NCBI GenBank assembly: GCA_044450345.1
Contig: JBIOIY010000007.1
Coordinates: forward strand, 1 to 64,000
DNA from: Thermodesulfovibrionales bacterium
Lineage (GTDB): Bacteria; Nitrospirota; Thermodesulfovibrionia; Thermodesulfovibrionales; UBA6898
Direction: 5' to 3'
Length of the DNA stretch: 64,000 nt
Shown: in pieces, positions 17,929 to 28,430 of the stretch
Position numbering within the stretch: position 1 is the stretch's first letter
Layout of the letters: every line of letters starts with the position of its first letter
Made by a program: the position numbers and the translations under genes
The notes under the pieces: generated by a model
Told to the model about the DNA's origin: nothing
The model's input: the letters and a program-made list of their open reading frames with translations, nothing else
The model's database searches: none

Positions 17929-18975
17929 TCAGAGGTCGATTTCATCAGGATCACATACGGCCCATACAAAAAAATGAGGTCCCCTCTTATGTCCAACGCC
18001 TATGGCGCCTTTGGTGAGATACAAGGCCCATGCCCAGTCTGGCTCGAACATGCTGGTTGTAGATGACCAGTAGGATTCCTGTATGCACTCGAAGGGATGT
18101 CCGGATGGCAATGCAGGACTGTGCATTCCGCAATCCACGAGCGATTCGAGTTCATTGATATTGGGTAGTCGCCATCCGACCTTCCCTGTCGCCCTTTGAT
18201 TAAGCTGGGCCACCTCCTTGAGCGCATCAAGCCAGGTAACGGGGCCACCGGCAAGGTCTGCGCGCTTTGCCCAGCAGAGTGCCGTCAGACGGTCAATAAC
18301 GACATCGTCTATGACTTCAAAGCGGGGTTCAGGCCAGGGACGTCCGAAACGGAATTCGCCGTCCTGTCCCGAACCTTCACAGTGAATACATCGTCCGTTA
18401 GAATCATAACATTGCGTCTGTCCTGTGGCAGGCAGGATAGAGTGCCCTCCGGCTCTGACCGGCCAAAGCAGAGAGAACTGCTCCTTGTTTCCGTAAAACA
18501 TGCGGGCGCCTTCCATATGGACATACCAGGCGTACGCAGGATTGATCACCGAAGTTGTGGATGTCCAGTACCACCCGATAAAGATATTGGTAAAAGGGTG
18601 GCCTTTGGGCAGTGCCGGTTTATTCGTCTGATGACTCACGAGACTTCGCAGTTCGCGACGGTTGGGGAGACGCCAGTCCGAATAGCCGAATGCCTTTTCT
18701 TGATTCATGCCTGAAATGTAATCCAAAGCCTCCTGCCAGGTCAAAGGGAATTCAGCAGGGTTTGCGTTTCGCGTCCATATCAGTCCCGTGAGGCGATCCA
18801 GAACGACTCCTTCAAGTTGCTTAAAGCGCGGCGCAGGCCATGCGATGCCCCTTTTAAATTCCGCATCCTGCCCGCTGCCCCGGCAGGGAATCTCGTCGCC
18901 TTCCGTGTCGTGACAAGTTATCTGACCCGTCTGGAGATAACAACTTGCTCTAATTTCCTGATTATGACTTTCCAT
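17929..18975 (-). CDS. DUF1566 (Lcl-type) tandem-domain protein
   Basis: Two repeats of TGQ..C.D..G..I.C.GSGQD.E, DRLTGL.W, WRLPN..EL.SLV, YW[TS]STT. Confidence 0.85.
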   Translation of the reverse strand: MESHNQEIRASCYLQTGQITCHDTEGDEIPCRGSGQDAEFKRGIAWPAPRFKQLEGVVLDRLTGLIWTRNANPAEFPLTWQEALDYISGMNQEKAFGYSDWRLPNRRELRSLVSHQTNKPALPKGHPFTNIFIGWYWTSTTSVINPAYAWYVHMEGARMFYGNKEQFSLLWPVRAGGHSILPATGQTQCYDSNGRCIHCEGSGQDGEFRFGRPWPEPRFEVIDDVVIDRLTALCWAKRADLAGGPVTWLDALKEVAQLNQRATGKVGWRLPNINELESLVDCGMHSPALPSGHPFECIQESYWSSTTSMFEPDWAWALYLTKGAIGVGHKRGPHFFVWAVCDPDEIDL

Positions 18976-19321
18976 ATTCAAGAAAACCGCGACTTTACGG
19001 TTACACTTTCCCTTCCCGTTAAAATAATTTATTTTATCACCAACAGATGACTGGAAGAACCAGCCAGCGAGACTTTGGGGATCTCGATGGTGCCGAGCGG
19101 ATTGACACTCCTGAAAAAAGAGGGATGATTAAGATAGCAACAAAAGTCCTCCCTATTGGGAAAGAGAAGAACTTGAGGCAGAGGAGGTGACAACAATTGC
19201 ATTGTGACCTTGGACGGGCTGGGTTGTTGGCAGCCGTCCCGAATCCAGGGAAAAATTGGTGAGATTTTCTAAAGTAAAATCATGCTTTAGTAGAGAATGT
19301 CACCCGCAAAGAGGAGGTTCA

Positions 19322-19726
19322 ATGATGAGAAAAGTATTCTTGATTGGATGCATCATGGTTCTGGCACTATCGGCTTCCTACAGCTTTGCCCAGATGGGAG
19401 ACCAGCAGAAGGAAGGAATGGGCTCGTCGGAAATGAAGGGCGGCCAAATGATGAGCCGCGATATGATGGTAAACATGACGGATATGATGAAGCAGATGAA
19501 CGAGATGATGGAGAGGCTGTCTCATCCCATGCACCATATGACTGTAACAGACCATAAACAAATGTATGACTTGGGCAAAGTTATGCGTAAGATGGCGGCT
19601 GAAATGAACGAGATGGCTGCACACATGGAAAAGGGCGAGATGGACGCGGCAACAGTCAAAAAGATGCAGAAAAGAATGAAGGCCATCAACCAGGAGGTAG
19701 AAGTCTTGAAGAAGGAAAACAAGTGA
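19322..19726 (+). CDS. Exported Met-rich helical protein
   Basis: SD GAGGAGG, signal peptide, very high Met content, HPMHHM. Confidence 0.75.
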   Translation: MMRKVFLIGCIMVLALSASYSFAQMGDQQKEGMGSSEMKGGQMMSRDMMVNMTDMMKQMNEMMERLSHPMHHMTVTDHKQMYDLGKVMRKMAAEMNEMAAHMEKGEMDAATVKKMQKRMKAINQEVEVLKKENK

Positions 19727-20020
19727 GAGTAGACGACGCGTGAATGATGAACGAACTATTCATTAAGCGTTGTCCACTGCCGTCTTCAAAAAGAAAAACC
19801 TTGAAAGCAAAGCACCGGACGAGCGAATGCGCGCCCGCAATATTTCTTTATTTGAGAAAGCGCTTGCAGTTGCACTCTGCTGTGATAGACTGATAGCAAT
19901 AGCAGAACTTGCTTAATCCTTTCGGAATTCTTGCTGCGGGGCTCCGCAACACCTTTTCTTGCACTTTCTGCGAATACGCTGAAACTGTCCGCGATAATTG
20001 AAGTGATGCTTATGAGAACG

Positions 20021-21502
20021 ATGCTCAATAGATATCGCAGCGCGGCAGCGTTCATTTTTCTGTTTGTAGGCGCCTCTACCCTTTGTTCGAAAGCTGAAGC
20101 TTTCGGGGATGGTTATATTGGAGCTGAAAAATGTGCCGTTTGCCACAGGGGAGAATATGATGGCTGGCAGAAATCCGGCCATGCCCTCATCCTTCGCAAG
20201 CCGATAGATTCAACAGCCAGTGGAATTCCCCTTCCTTCAGGTTTCGGGCGGAATGATATTTCATATGTAATCGGCGGACACAGATGGAAGGCGCTTTTCG
20301 TTGATAAAAACGGATATCTGATAACCTCCAACATCTCCGGCAAAGGAAAAAATCAATATAACCTAAAAAGTAGGAAGTGGGCAGATTATCTTCCTGGTCA
20401 AAAGACTCCGTATGACTGCGGCGGCTGTCACACGACAGGCTATTCGCCTGATGGTCATCAGAATGGGCTCGAAGGCATTGTAGGCACGTGGCAGCTTGAG
20501 GGAGTTCAGTGCGAGGGATGTCATGGGCCGGGCTCCGCCCACGCGGAATCGACGAAAAAATCGGACATTAAGATCATCAAAGCTGTTTGTGCCGGGTGTC
20601 ATGGGATAAAACCATTCGATTCAATCCGACTGAAGGGTGTCTTCATCGAACCATACACGGAAGCAAATCAGCTTTCGAAGAGCGGGATGAAAAATCTTTC
20701 GTGCACCGATTGCCACAATCCTCATCTCGATGCTGGAAAGTCCATAAAGCAAAGCTGCGAATCATGCCACCGGAAAGCCTCTGAGAGATATCGGGGAAGC
20801 TATATGTTTCAAAAGGGTGTTGTTTGCACGGATTGTCACATGCCTCCCGCTGGCATAGTCGCCACAGGGGATCCAAAGCTATTTCGCGGAGATCTGAAAA
20901 GCCATATCTTCGTGATCGACCATCGCAAGGACTTTCCGTCCATGACCGTAAACGGGGAGACTGTGAATCCAGGGTACTTGAGTGTCGATTACGCCTGCAC
21001 GCCCTGTCACAACATTTTCGAAAACAGACAGTGGGCTGTCAGTTTCGGGGCTGTATCGCACAGGATAAAGATAACTACAAACATCAAAATTATGCGTCTT
21101 CAGTTGTCACTGGCCCTGCTCGGCTTTCTTTCTTCCCTTGTGGCCCTCGGTTCCGCCCTCTCCCTCAAGCAATGGATTCTTCCTTCTCTCAACAAAAAAA
21201 GAATGCTTAGCATCCATAAGCATGCGGCCTGGATCACTTTTGCGCTCTACGTCTTCATTTCCATTATGTGCATCTACTTCCATTTCCCGCTTAACGCTCC
21301 CCAAAAGGCCCTCGCGATGGGCTGGTTTTTGATTCATCCGATAAACGGAGCGCTCGGGGTCATAATCTATAGTGGAAAGATCGTAGCAGTCAGAAAATTC
21401 AAAAAGGGTTGGGCTACGCCGGGTCTCACTTGGGGGATAGGACTTTCGGTGTTCTGGCTTTTACAGTACGCTACAGCCGTATTTTCCTATTTTGGGAGGT
21501 GA
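20021..21502 (+). CDS. Octaheme c-type cytochrome with C-terminal ~4-TM domain
   Basis: Eight CxxCH: CAVCH, CGGCH, CEGCH, CAGCH, CTDCH, CESCH, CTDCH, CTPCH; hydrophobic C-terminus with His residues. Start uncertain (20012/20021). Confidence 0.85.
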   Translation: MLNRYRSAAAFIFLFVGASTLCSKAEAFGDGYIGAEKCAVCHRGEYDGWQKSGHALILRKPIDSTASGIPLPSGFGRNDISYVIGGHRWKALFVDKNGYLITSNISGKGKNQYNLKSRKWADYLPGQKTPYDCGGCHTTGYSPDGHQNGLEGIVGTWQLEGVQCEGCHGPGSAHAESTKKSDIKIIKAVCAGCHGIKPFDSIRLKGVFIEPYTEANQLSKSGMKNLSCTDCHNPHLDAGKSIKQSCESCHRKASERYRGSYMFQKGVVCTDCHMPPAGIVATGDPKLFRGDLKSHIFVIDHRKDFPSMTVNGETVNPGYLSVDYACTPCHNIFENRQWAVSFGAVSHRIKITTNIKIMRLQLSLALLGFLSSLVALGSALSLKQWILPSLNKKRMLSIHKHAAWITFALYVFISIMCIYFHFPLNAPQKALAMGWFLIHPINGALGVIIYSGKIVAVRKFKKGWATPGLTWGIGLSVFWLLQYATAVFSYFGR

Positions 21503-21503
21503 C

Positions 21504-21518
21504 TTCATATTCCCTTCA
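21504..21518 (+). promoter_or_regulatory. TTCA-N7-TTCA direct-repeat box
   Basis: TTCATATTCCCTTCA, followed by GATAAT/TATAAG -10-like hexamers, upstream of the operon leading to copA. Confidence 0.6.
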
Positions 21519-21554
21519 TATGAAAGGATAATTATAAGCGAAAGGAGAAATGCT

Positions 21555-21758
21555 ATGGACTGGTTACGCGAGAATTGGTTTTTCGTCGTGATCTGGCTCC
21601 TCTTTATCGGCATGCACCTCTTCGGCCACGGTATGCACGGAGGCGGCTGCGGAGGACACGACGGTCACAATAGAGAGAAAGAAGGCGGTGAACATGGAGA
21701 GCACGGTGAGCACTCGCAGGACACGAAGGAGCAGAAAGGAGGCCACGGATGTTGCTAA
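21555..21758 (+). CDS. DUF2933-like small His-rich membrane protein
   Basis: MDWLRENW, MHLFGHGMHGGGCGGH, C-terminal GHGCC. Confidence 0.75.
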   Translation: MDWLRENWFFVVIWLLFIGMHLFGHGMHGGGCGGHDGHNREKEGGEHGEHGEHSQDTKEQKGGHGCC

Positions 21759-22012
21759 ATACAAAAATAGTAAGCTGGTCTTTGGGCATATTCTTCGCGA
21801 TATCTTTCATGCTGTGTGTCCTTTATGGGCTTGTCGTCCCCCCCAAGCTCCACGGCATGTCTGCATTTCTTGAGGCTGTCCTTCCGGCTTTTAAGTGGAT
21901 AACATTCGGAGGATTCATTCTCGGCCTTATCGAGAGCTTTCTTTACGGAGTTTATATCGGCATTGTGTTTGTGCCGATATATAACTTCATTAACAAAAGA
22001 TGGGGAGCATGA
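21749..22012 (+). CDS. DUF5676-like two-TM protein
   Basis: SLGIFFAISFMLC, LPAFKWITFGGFILGLIESFLYG, FVPIYN. Confidence 0.7.
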   Translation: MLLNTKIVSWSLGIFFAISFMLCVLYGLVVPPKLHGMSAFLEAVLPAFKWITFGGFILGLIESFLYGVYIGIVFVPIYNFINKRWGA

Positions 22013-22101
22013 GGGGAAAATAAGATGCACGGCGAAGACATAACCTATGCCTATGGCTTCTGGAGCCTTATTCGCGGGGAAGGCCGACGCGAGGAGGGAA
22101 A

Positions 22102-22818
22102 TTGACAGAAACCTATGTATGGTTTGTATGGTCGCTCGGTCTTCTTTTAATCTGGCTTGCTGTCTTAACCTTCTACCGCACGGCGCGACGGAGAATGCTT
22201 TGGGCGAGTTTTCTTACCATGCTATTCGGTTTTTCTGAGCCTCTTTTTGTTCCCGAATACTGGAACCCGCCGTCGCTGTTCGACCTGGCCCGCCGAACAG
22301 GCTTCGATATCGAAAGCCTTATCTTCTGCTTTGCCATAGGTGGGCTTTGCCTGGTTTTGTACGACCTCATCTTCAAGGTGGAACATGAAAAAACGACCTG
22401 GACCGAGCGTCATAACCGGCATCACCGCTTCCATTTCTGGACGCTCATATCTCCCTTTATCGTCTTCCCGCTTCTCCATTTCTTTACGCACTTTAACCCG
22501 ATATACGATTCAAGCATCTCAATGTTCCTGGGCGGTCTCGCAGCGTTATGGTGCAGGCCGGACCTAAAGACGAAAATCTGGGTAAGCGGCGTCATTTTCA
22601 CGCTTTTCTACTTTGTGTATTTTCTTCCGTTAGTGCTATTCATTCCGGGGTTTGTCGAGCGTGTCTGGAGGCTCTCTGCCATTTCGGGAATCCTGATTGC
22701 CGGAATACCGTTAGAGGAGCTGATGTTTGCTTTCACCTTCGGGATGCTATGGTCCAGCTATTATGAGCATCTCACATGGCACAAGATAAAGGGCCAGTCG
22801 CATGGTATTAGGAATTGA
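22102..22818 (+). CDS. Lycopene-cyclase-domain (CarR-type) membrane protein
   Basis: Two internal repeats with FDIESLIFCF and GIPLEELMFAF; PEYWNPP; His-rich loop. Confidence 0.65.
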   Translation: MTETYVWFVWSLGLLLIWLAVLTFYRTARRRMLWASFLTMLFGFSEPLFVPEYWNPPSLFDLARRTGFDIESLIFCFAIGGLCLVLYDLIFKVEHEKTTWTERHNRHHRFHFWTLISPFIVFPLLHFFTHFNPIYDSSISMFLGGLAALWCRPDLKTKIWVSGVIFTLFYFVYFLPLVLFIPGFVERVWRLSAISGILIAGIPLEELMFAFTFGMLWSSYYEHLTWHKIKGQSHGIRN

Positions 22819-22985
22819 GGCCCTGTAAGCCGGCTGATATGCCGCCTCTATCGCCGCTTGGCAAAGCGGGAGAAAGGTGAGATGATTAATTATTCGGAAA
22901 GAATACATGTGCACGTATTGAAAGAACTCGGATGTTTTATATCCAAGTGTCAGGCAAAGGAATTTTTAGAAAAAGGAGGAAGGAA

Positions 22986-23414
22986 ATGAAAAGATTAGGG
23001 ATCGCTTTGGCAATCTTGCTTGCTTTTAGTTTTTCGGCAAACGCGGAGATGGGCATGATGGGAGATCAAAAAGGATCGATGAAGCAACAGGGAATGATGG
23101 ACGAGGGGATGACGCCCATGATGAAGCAGATGATGGGTCAGGGCATGATGATGAAGGATATGATGCAGATGATGATGGACATGATGAAGATGCAGAAAAA
23201 GATGATGAAAGGTATGGGGCCTGCTGAGAAAAAAGAGATGATGATGGATCTGGATAAAATGATGTCTCAAGTGGACACGATGATGTCTGATATGAGGCTC
23301 ATGATGATGCAAAAATGTATGGACACTTCGGGTGGGGAGTCCAAAAAAGAAGAGCAAAAAAAAGAAACGCCAGGAAAAGAACCCGCACCCGAGGGCCATC
23401 AGCATAAACGTTAA
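22986..23414 (+). CDS. Exported extremely Met-rich protein
   Basis: SD AGGAGG, signal peptide, MMKQMM/MMMKDMMQMMMDMMKM runs, C-terminal HQH. Confidence 0.8.
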   Translation: MKRLGIALAILLAFSFSANAEMGMMGDQKGSMKQQGMMDEGMTPMMKQMMGQGMMMKDMMQMMMDMMKMQKKMMKGMGPAEKKEMMMDLDKMMSQVDTMMSDMRLMMMQKCMDTSGGESKKEEQKKETPGKEPAPEGHQHKR

Positions 23415-23454
23415 ACCAGGGAAATATATGGAATAGTCAGAGAAGATAACTACC

Positions 23455-25695
23455 TTGAAAGAAAAAGAAGTCACCTACACCTGCCCGATGCATCCTGAGA
23501 TAAGGCAGCCGGGGCCTGGCACCTGTCCAAAATGCGGCATGGCACTGGAGCCGGTGCAACCGTCAATTCCGGCCGTCAAGACAGAATGGACCTGTCCGAT
23601 GCATCCTGAAATTGTCCGCGACGCTCCGGGCAGTTGTCCTATCTGCGGCATGGCGCTGGAACCTAAAATGATCACTGCCGGAGAAGAGGAAAACCCCGAA
23701 CTGCTCGATATGACGCGGCGGTTCAAGGTAAGCGTCATACTAACGATCCCCTTGGTCTTAATTGCCATGCGCCACTATATTCCGGGTCTCTCAATAATCG
23801 ACCGCGTTATTCCCACCGGCGTCATGAAATGGATGGAATTGGTTCTTGCCACACCTGTGGTACTTTGGGGGGCATGGCCGTTCTTTGTCAGGGGTTGGCG
23901 GTCGGTCGTCACCTGGAATCCGAACATGTTTACCCTCATCGGGCTGGGCGTCGGCGTCGCATACGTTTACAGTCTTGTCGCGGCGCTTTTCCCCGGGCTC
24001 TTCCCGGCGTCGTTTCGTGGTGAAAGCGGTGAAGTGGGCATGTATTTCGAGGCTGCTGCTGTTATCGTTACGCTTGTGCTGGTCGGCCAAGTGATGGAAT
24101 TGAGGGCGAGGACACGGACCGGCGCAGCGATTAAGGCCCTTCTCGGCCTTGCGCCAAAAACAGCCCGCCGCATACGGAACGGAAATGAAGAGGATGTTCC
24201 CCTTGAGCAGATCCAGGCGGGTGATCTTCTCCGTGTAAGACCGGGCGAAAAGATCCCGGTTGACGGCGCGGTCACTGAAGGATCAAGCAGCGTAGATGAA
24301 TCAATGATTTCCGGTGAGTCGATCCCGGTGATGAAGCAGTCGGGGGACAGTGTCATCGGCGCAACAGTGAATGGTACCGGTACAATGATAATGAAGGCAG
24401 AAAAGGTCGGGGCCGAAACACTTCTGGCGCAGATAGTAAATATGGTGGCTGAAGCCCAGCGTAGCCGTGCGCCGATCCAGAAGCTTGCCGACACCGTGGC
24501 GGGATATTTTGTCCAGATCGTCGTCAGTATCGCTGTTATTACATTTGTCGCATGGGCCTGGCTGGGGCCTGAGCCCCGTATGGCCTATGCCCTTGTCAAC
24601 GCAGTTGCAGTGCTGATCATCGCCTGCCCATGTGCGCTTGGTCTGGCAACTCCTATGTCGATCATGGTTGCGATGGGCAAGGGGGCAACAGGCGGCGTGC
24701 TTTTTAAGAACGCAGAGGCTATCGAGGTGATGAAGACCGTCGATACCCTTGTTACGGATAAAACCGGCACGCTCACCGAAGGAAAGCCGAAACTGGTGAG
24801 CGTGGTCCCCGCAGCCGGAGTCGATGAGAAGACGCTTCTTCATTTTGCCGCGAGCATCGAGATGGGAAGCGAGCACCCCCTTGCAGCAGCGATCGTCGCC
24901 GGAGCAAAAGAAAAGGATATCTCACCTTCAAAGGTTGATTCCTTTGAATCGCTCACCGGACGCGGGGTAACGGGTCTGATTGACGGAAGAAAGGTCGCCC
25001 TTGGAAACCGGAAGCTTATTGAAGAGCTCGGCATAGCGCCGGGAGAACTTCCGGACAAGGCAGAGTCCATGCGCACGGAGGGACAGACAGTCATGTTTGT
25101 TGCCTTAGACGGAAAGGCTGCGGGGCTCCTTGGTGTGGCAGACCCGATCAAGGCGACGACAGCCGAGGCGATAGAGAAACTTCATCAGGAAGGGATAAGA
25201 GTCGTTATGCTCACGGGAGACAACAAGACCACTGCCGAGGCTGTCGGAAAGAAACTCGGCATCGATGAGGTGATCGCCGAGGTCCTGCCGGACCAGAAAG
25301 CAGAGATGGTCAAACGATTGCAGGGGGAGGGAAAAATTGTGGCAATGGCAGGAGATGGCATCAATGACGCGCCGGCCCTAGCACAGGCACACGTCGGTGT
25401 AGCAATGGGGACCGGGACGGACGTGGCGATGCAGAGCGCTGGGGTGACCCTGGTGAAAGGCGATCTTCGCGGGATCGTACGGGCGAGAAGGTTAAGCAGA
25501 GCTACGATGCGCAATATTAAACAAAACCTCTTCTGGGCCTTTGCTTACAACGCTCTTGGTGTTCCTATCGCGGCAGGCGTACTTTATCCCTTTGTGGGCA
25601 TCCTCCTCAGCCCCATATTTGCAGCTGCGGCAATGAGCTTCAGTTCGGTTTCCGTGGTGGGAAACGCGTTGAGGCTGAGAAGGGTTAAGCTGTAA
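23455..25695 (+). CDS. copA: Copper-translocating P1B-type ATPase
   Basis: Two [YW]TCPMHP metal-binding domains, [22 protein letters not shown] and MSFSS Cu(I) signatures. Confidence 0.95.
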   Translation: MKEKEVTYTCPMHPEIRQPGPGTCPKCGMALEPVQPSIPAVKTEWTCPMHPEIVRDAPGSCPICGMALEPKMITAGEEENPELLDMTRRFKVSVILTIPLVLIAMRHYIPGLSIIDRVIPTGVMKWMELVLATPVVLWGAWPFFVRGWRSVVTWNPNMFTLIGLGVGVAYVYSLVAALFPGLFPASFRGESGEVGMYFEAAAVIVTLVLVGQVMELRARTRTGAAIKALLGLAPKTARRIRNGNEEDVPLEQIQAGDLLRVRPGEKIPVDGAVTEGSSSVDESMISGESIPVMKQSGDSVIGATVNGTGTMIMKAEKVGAETLLAQIVNMVAEAQRSRAPIQKLADTVAGYFVQIVVSIAVITFVAWAWLGPEPRMAYALVNAVAVLIIACPCALGLATPMSIMVAMGKGATGGVLFKNAEAIEVMKTVDTLVTDKTGTLTEGKPKLVSVVPAAGVDEKTLLHFAASIEMGSEHPLAAAIVAGAKEKDISPSKVDSFESLTGRGVTGLIDGRKVALGNRKLIEELGIAPGELPDKAESMRTEGQTVMFVALDGKAAGLLGVADPIKATTAEAIEKLHQEGIRVVMLTGDNKTTAEAVGKKLGIDEVIAEVLPDQKAEMVKRLQGEGKIVAMAGDGINDAPALAQAHVGVAMGTGTDVAMQSAGVTLVKGDLRGIVRARRLSRATMRNIKQNLFWAFAYNALGVPIAAGVLYPFVGILLSPIFAAAAMSFSSVSVVGNALRLRRVKL

Positions 25696-25713
25696 TCGTT
25701 CGTTTGACGGCAC

Positions 25714-26775
25714 TCACTTCTTCTTCAAGTTCAATATATACTGCCTCGCGGCGAGGGCCGCCTTGGCCCCCTCTCCCGAAGCGATAACGATCCTTTTGCC
25801 GAAAGCATTGGTGACATCGCCCGCGGCGAATACTCCGGGACAAGAGGTAGAGCAGTCGGAATCGATAACTATTTCACCACGCTCGTTCAGTTCTACGAGA
25901 TCGGTAACAAGAGACGCGTTGGGCTGAAGGCCGATTGCGATGAATATTCCCTTTACCGGCAGTTTGACTGTTTCTTCTTCCGCCAACTTTCTTATGGAGA
26001 TTTCAGAGACCGCGTCTTCGCCTGAAAATGCGACTACCTTGAATCCCTCGTACTTCACGAGATTCTCAAACTGAGAGACTCTTTCGACTATCGACGCGTC
26101 TGCGTTAAGCTTTGAATCGGAAATGAGAGAAATGCTCTTTGTAACGATATGAAGGTTTTCGACGATCTGCATCGCCGAATTTCCGCCTCCGATCACAGCC
26201 ACATCAGCTCCCTGAACAAAAGAGAGGTCTTGAATGTTCCCGTAAAAAACGCCTTTTCTCTGGAGCCGCTCCTCGCCTTCCACGTGCAGCTTTCTTCTTG
26301 TCATTCCCGTCGCCAGAATGACTGTTATAGCGAAATAGGAGTTGAGATCGGATGTTACTACATTGAATCCTCCATGAACCGGCTCGATTTTCTCCACGTC
26401 GCTGAGAAGATGGTCTATATAATGAGAGTGGATCAGCTGATATTGGAACTTCTCCACAAGTTCGGGGCCGGTTATGAAATCAAACCCCATATAATTCTCT
26501 ATCTTTGTACTATCGACTGCCTGGCCACCGAGGTCTTTGGCAATGAGAAAGGCCTCCATCTTCAGTGTCGCTGCATATACCGCCGCTGTCAGACCCGCAG
26601 GCCCGCCGCCGATGACAATGAGGTCATACGAAGTGCGGGGAAGCTTGCAGGACCTTTCCTTAATAAATTTGTCCCTGCATCCTTCAGAGCAAAAATAATA
26701 GCGTTCTCCGTCACAATCCGCCGTTACGGCTGTCTTTTCGTCAACCACCATATGGCATACAGGGTCTTTCTTCAT
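25714..26775 (-). CDS. YHS/TRASH domain fused to thioredoxin-reductase-like FAD oxidoreductase lacking CxxC
   Basis: DPVCHM...YYFCSEGC; GGGPAG, ATG, GGGNSA, FAAGD; GVFYGNIQD where GVSYCATCD is expected. Confidence 0.85.
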   Translation of the reverse strand: MKKDPVCHMVVDEKTAVTADCDGERYYFCSEGCRDKFIKERSCKLPRTSYDLIVIGGGPAGLTAAVYAATLKMEAFLIAKDLGGQAVDSTKIENYMGFDFITGPELVEKFQYQLIHSHYIDHLLSDVEKIEPVHGGFNVVTSDLNSYFAITVILATGMTRRKLHVEGEERLQRKGVFYGNIQDLSFVQGADVAVIGGGNSAMQIVENLHIVTKSISLISDSKLNADASIVERVSQFENLVKYEGFKVVAFSGEDAVSEISIRKLAEEETVKLPVKGIFIAIGLQPNASLVTDLVELNERGEIVIDSDCSTSCPGVFAAGDVTNAFGKRIVIASGEGAKAALAARQYILNLKKK

Positions 26776-27065
26776 TTTGAAATCCTCATATTCGAGTAAG
26801 TCTTAGCCGCAGGAAATCTTCAGCCTATCTCCGTGACTTCCTTATCTCAGTTATATCATGAAAAATAAGGCAAGTCTTTACTATTTCGGCGATTATCCTA
26901 TTCTTTGTATCTTTGTTTTTGGCCAAAACTCTTGTCTGGAAAAATGGATAAAAAAACAGAGCACAAGCCAGTGATTGAATCAATAATGGAAGAATGATCG
27001 GAAGCGGGCCCGCAGATAGCGACTGAATTGAATGCAGGAGTTAAACAGTAAGGCGAAGAATACTT

Positions 27066-27803
27066 TTATCCGCTGTCTTGAGCTTTGCCGGCGATAATTA
27101 TTGTTGGTATGCTAAAGCCTGGATAATTTTGATCTACGTTTCCTATTCCGAGACCGAGAATTCTGTTGCTTGAGAAAATCTGAAGTGTATCAAAGAAATC
27201 ATCATGGCCATAGGGAGCAAAATCATAATCCGCGAGTATCATGAACGGTAATTTTCTTTCGCTCATCATGTCCGGAATATGAGTATGAGTTATGCAGAGA
27301 AACTGTAAACCTTCAAGGCCGCATCCGGTGACAGAATTAAAATAAGTACGGACCTGAGACACCGTCATTCTCTGAAATCTTTCCCCCGTCTGAATTTTTC
27401 CAAAATAGAAACCTTGTGGCCTTGGAGGAGCTCCTGGTCGCAGCCGGAAATAATCAGGTTTATCAAAATTAATATGCGGACTCTGCCACACTTTATTTTT
27501 TAATCGCTTAAGAGCACAATCCCAGGCGATCTTCCCGGAGAGAACAGAATCTGCGTGGCCTGAGCCGTCGTCACCTACGCCGTAAAAAAGGGCAACGCCA
27601 ACAAACCCTTGCTCCAAATCACTGTTAGTCAACGAAGGAGGTGCACCAATCCCGTTAAATTCTTTTTCGCCGATATGCCATTTCATTTCTTTGTTAGCGC
27701 CGCGCCAGGCCTTGATCTGCTCTTCTATGGGAAGCATCACACGATCTGTAAATTCAGATTTCTTCGGAAAAAATAAACGACTCAGCCATTTAACAGGCGT
27801 CAC
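27066..27803 (-). CDS. Hypothetical protein
   Basis: 245-aa ORF, SD-like GGGATGG; no motif recognised. Confidence 0.55.
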   Translation of the reverse strand: MTPVKWLSRLFFPKKSEFTDRVMLPIEEQIKAWRGANKEMKWHIGEKEFNGIGAPPSLTNSDLEQGFVGVALFYGVGDDGSGHADSVLSGKIAWDCALKRLKNKVWQSPHINFDKPDYFRLRPGAPPRPQGFYFGKIQTGERFQRMTVSQVRTYFNSVTGCGLEGLQFLCITHTHIPDMMSERKLPFMILADYDFAPYGHDDFFDTLQIFSSNRILGLGIGNVDQNYPGFSIPTIIIAGKAQDSG

Positions 27804-28167
27804 AATTCCATCCCTTTACAGCATCAATTATAGGATATGACATAGCCACAGCACCTTCAACAGTTCGTTAGAGAGACTTTTTACTGACTCAGTAATTCCT
27901 CATAGAAAAACTTTATCACGCTACAGCGGCCACATCAATTTATCATGAAAGATTGCTGAGGGTAATAATGATTGAAGAACGCATTTAAAGCCAAGCGGTG
28001 CAATGGAACAAAAAAATACGATAGAAAAGTTGCGAGTAGGGAGATTGTCTGAGATAGTCTTATACATATAAGAATTCTTGAAAGGAGGTGCCTATACAAA
28101 TATCACGGAAGAAAGGTATGACCTGCAATGGCAATAAATGATGTCGAATAAAAGGAGGAGTTCAGAG

Positions 28168-28314
28168 ATGAAAAAGACATTATTCATTATTTCCGCGTGT
28201 TTGTTGCTTTTTGCATTATCAGGTTGCGGTCTTGCCCAGATGGGCGGTGGCATGATGGGTGGTCAACAGGGTCAGATAATGGCGCCCAGCCAAGGTGAAA
28301 GATATTGTCGATAA
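28168..28314 (+). pseudogene. Short exported Met/Gly-rich ORF (48 aa), probably truncated (not in ORF track)
   Basis: SD AGGAGGAG; MKKTLFIISACLLLFALSGCGLAQMGGGMMGGQQGQIMAPSQGERYCR*. Confidence 0.55.
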
Positions 28315-28430
28315 GAAAACGCTCGATATGTTGAATGTGTTGCGATATAATTTGACAGAAATCAGACGGGCTCATGGTAATTCCCATCGTGGATCCATAC
28401 AAACCGCCTGAAGTACTCGGAGGTCTGATT

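Noticed and set aside
23060..23310. ATG-rich periodic DNA as a tandem repeat element
   Set aside because: Explained by poly-Met coding in the 22986-23414 gene.
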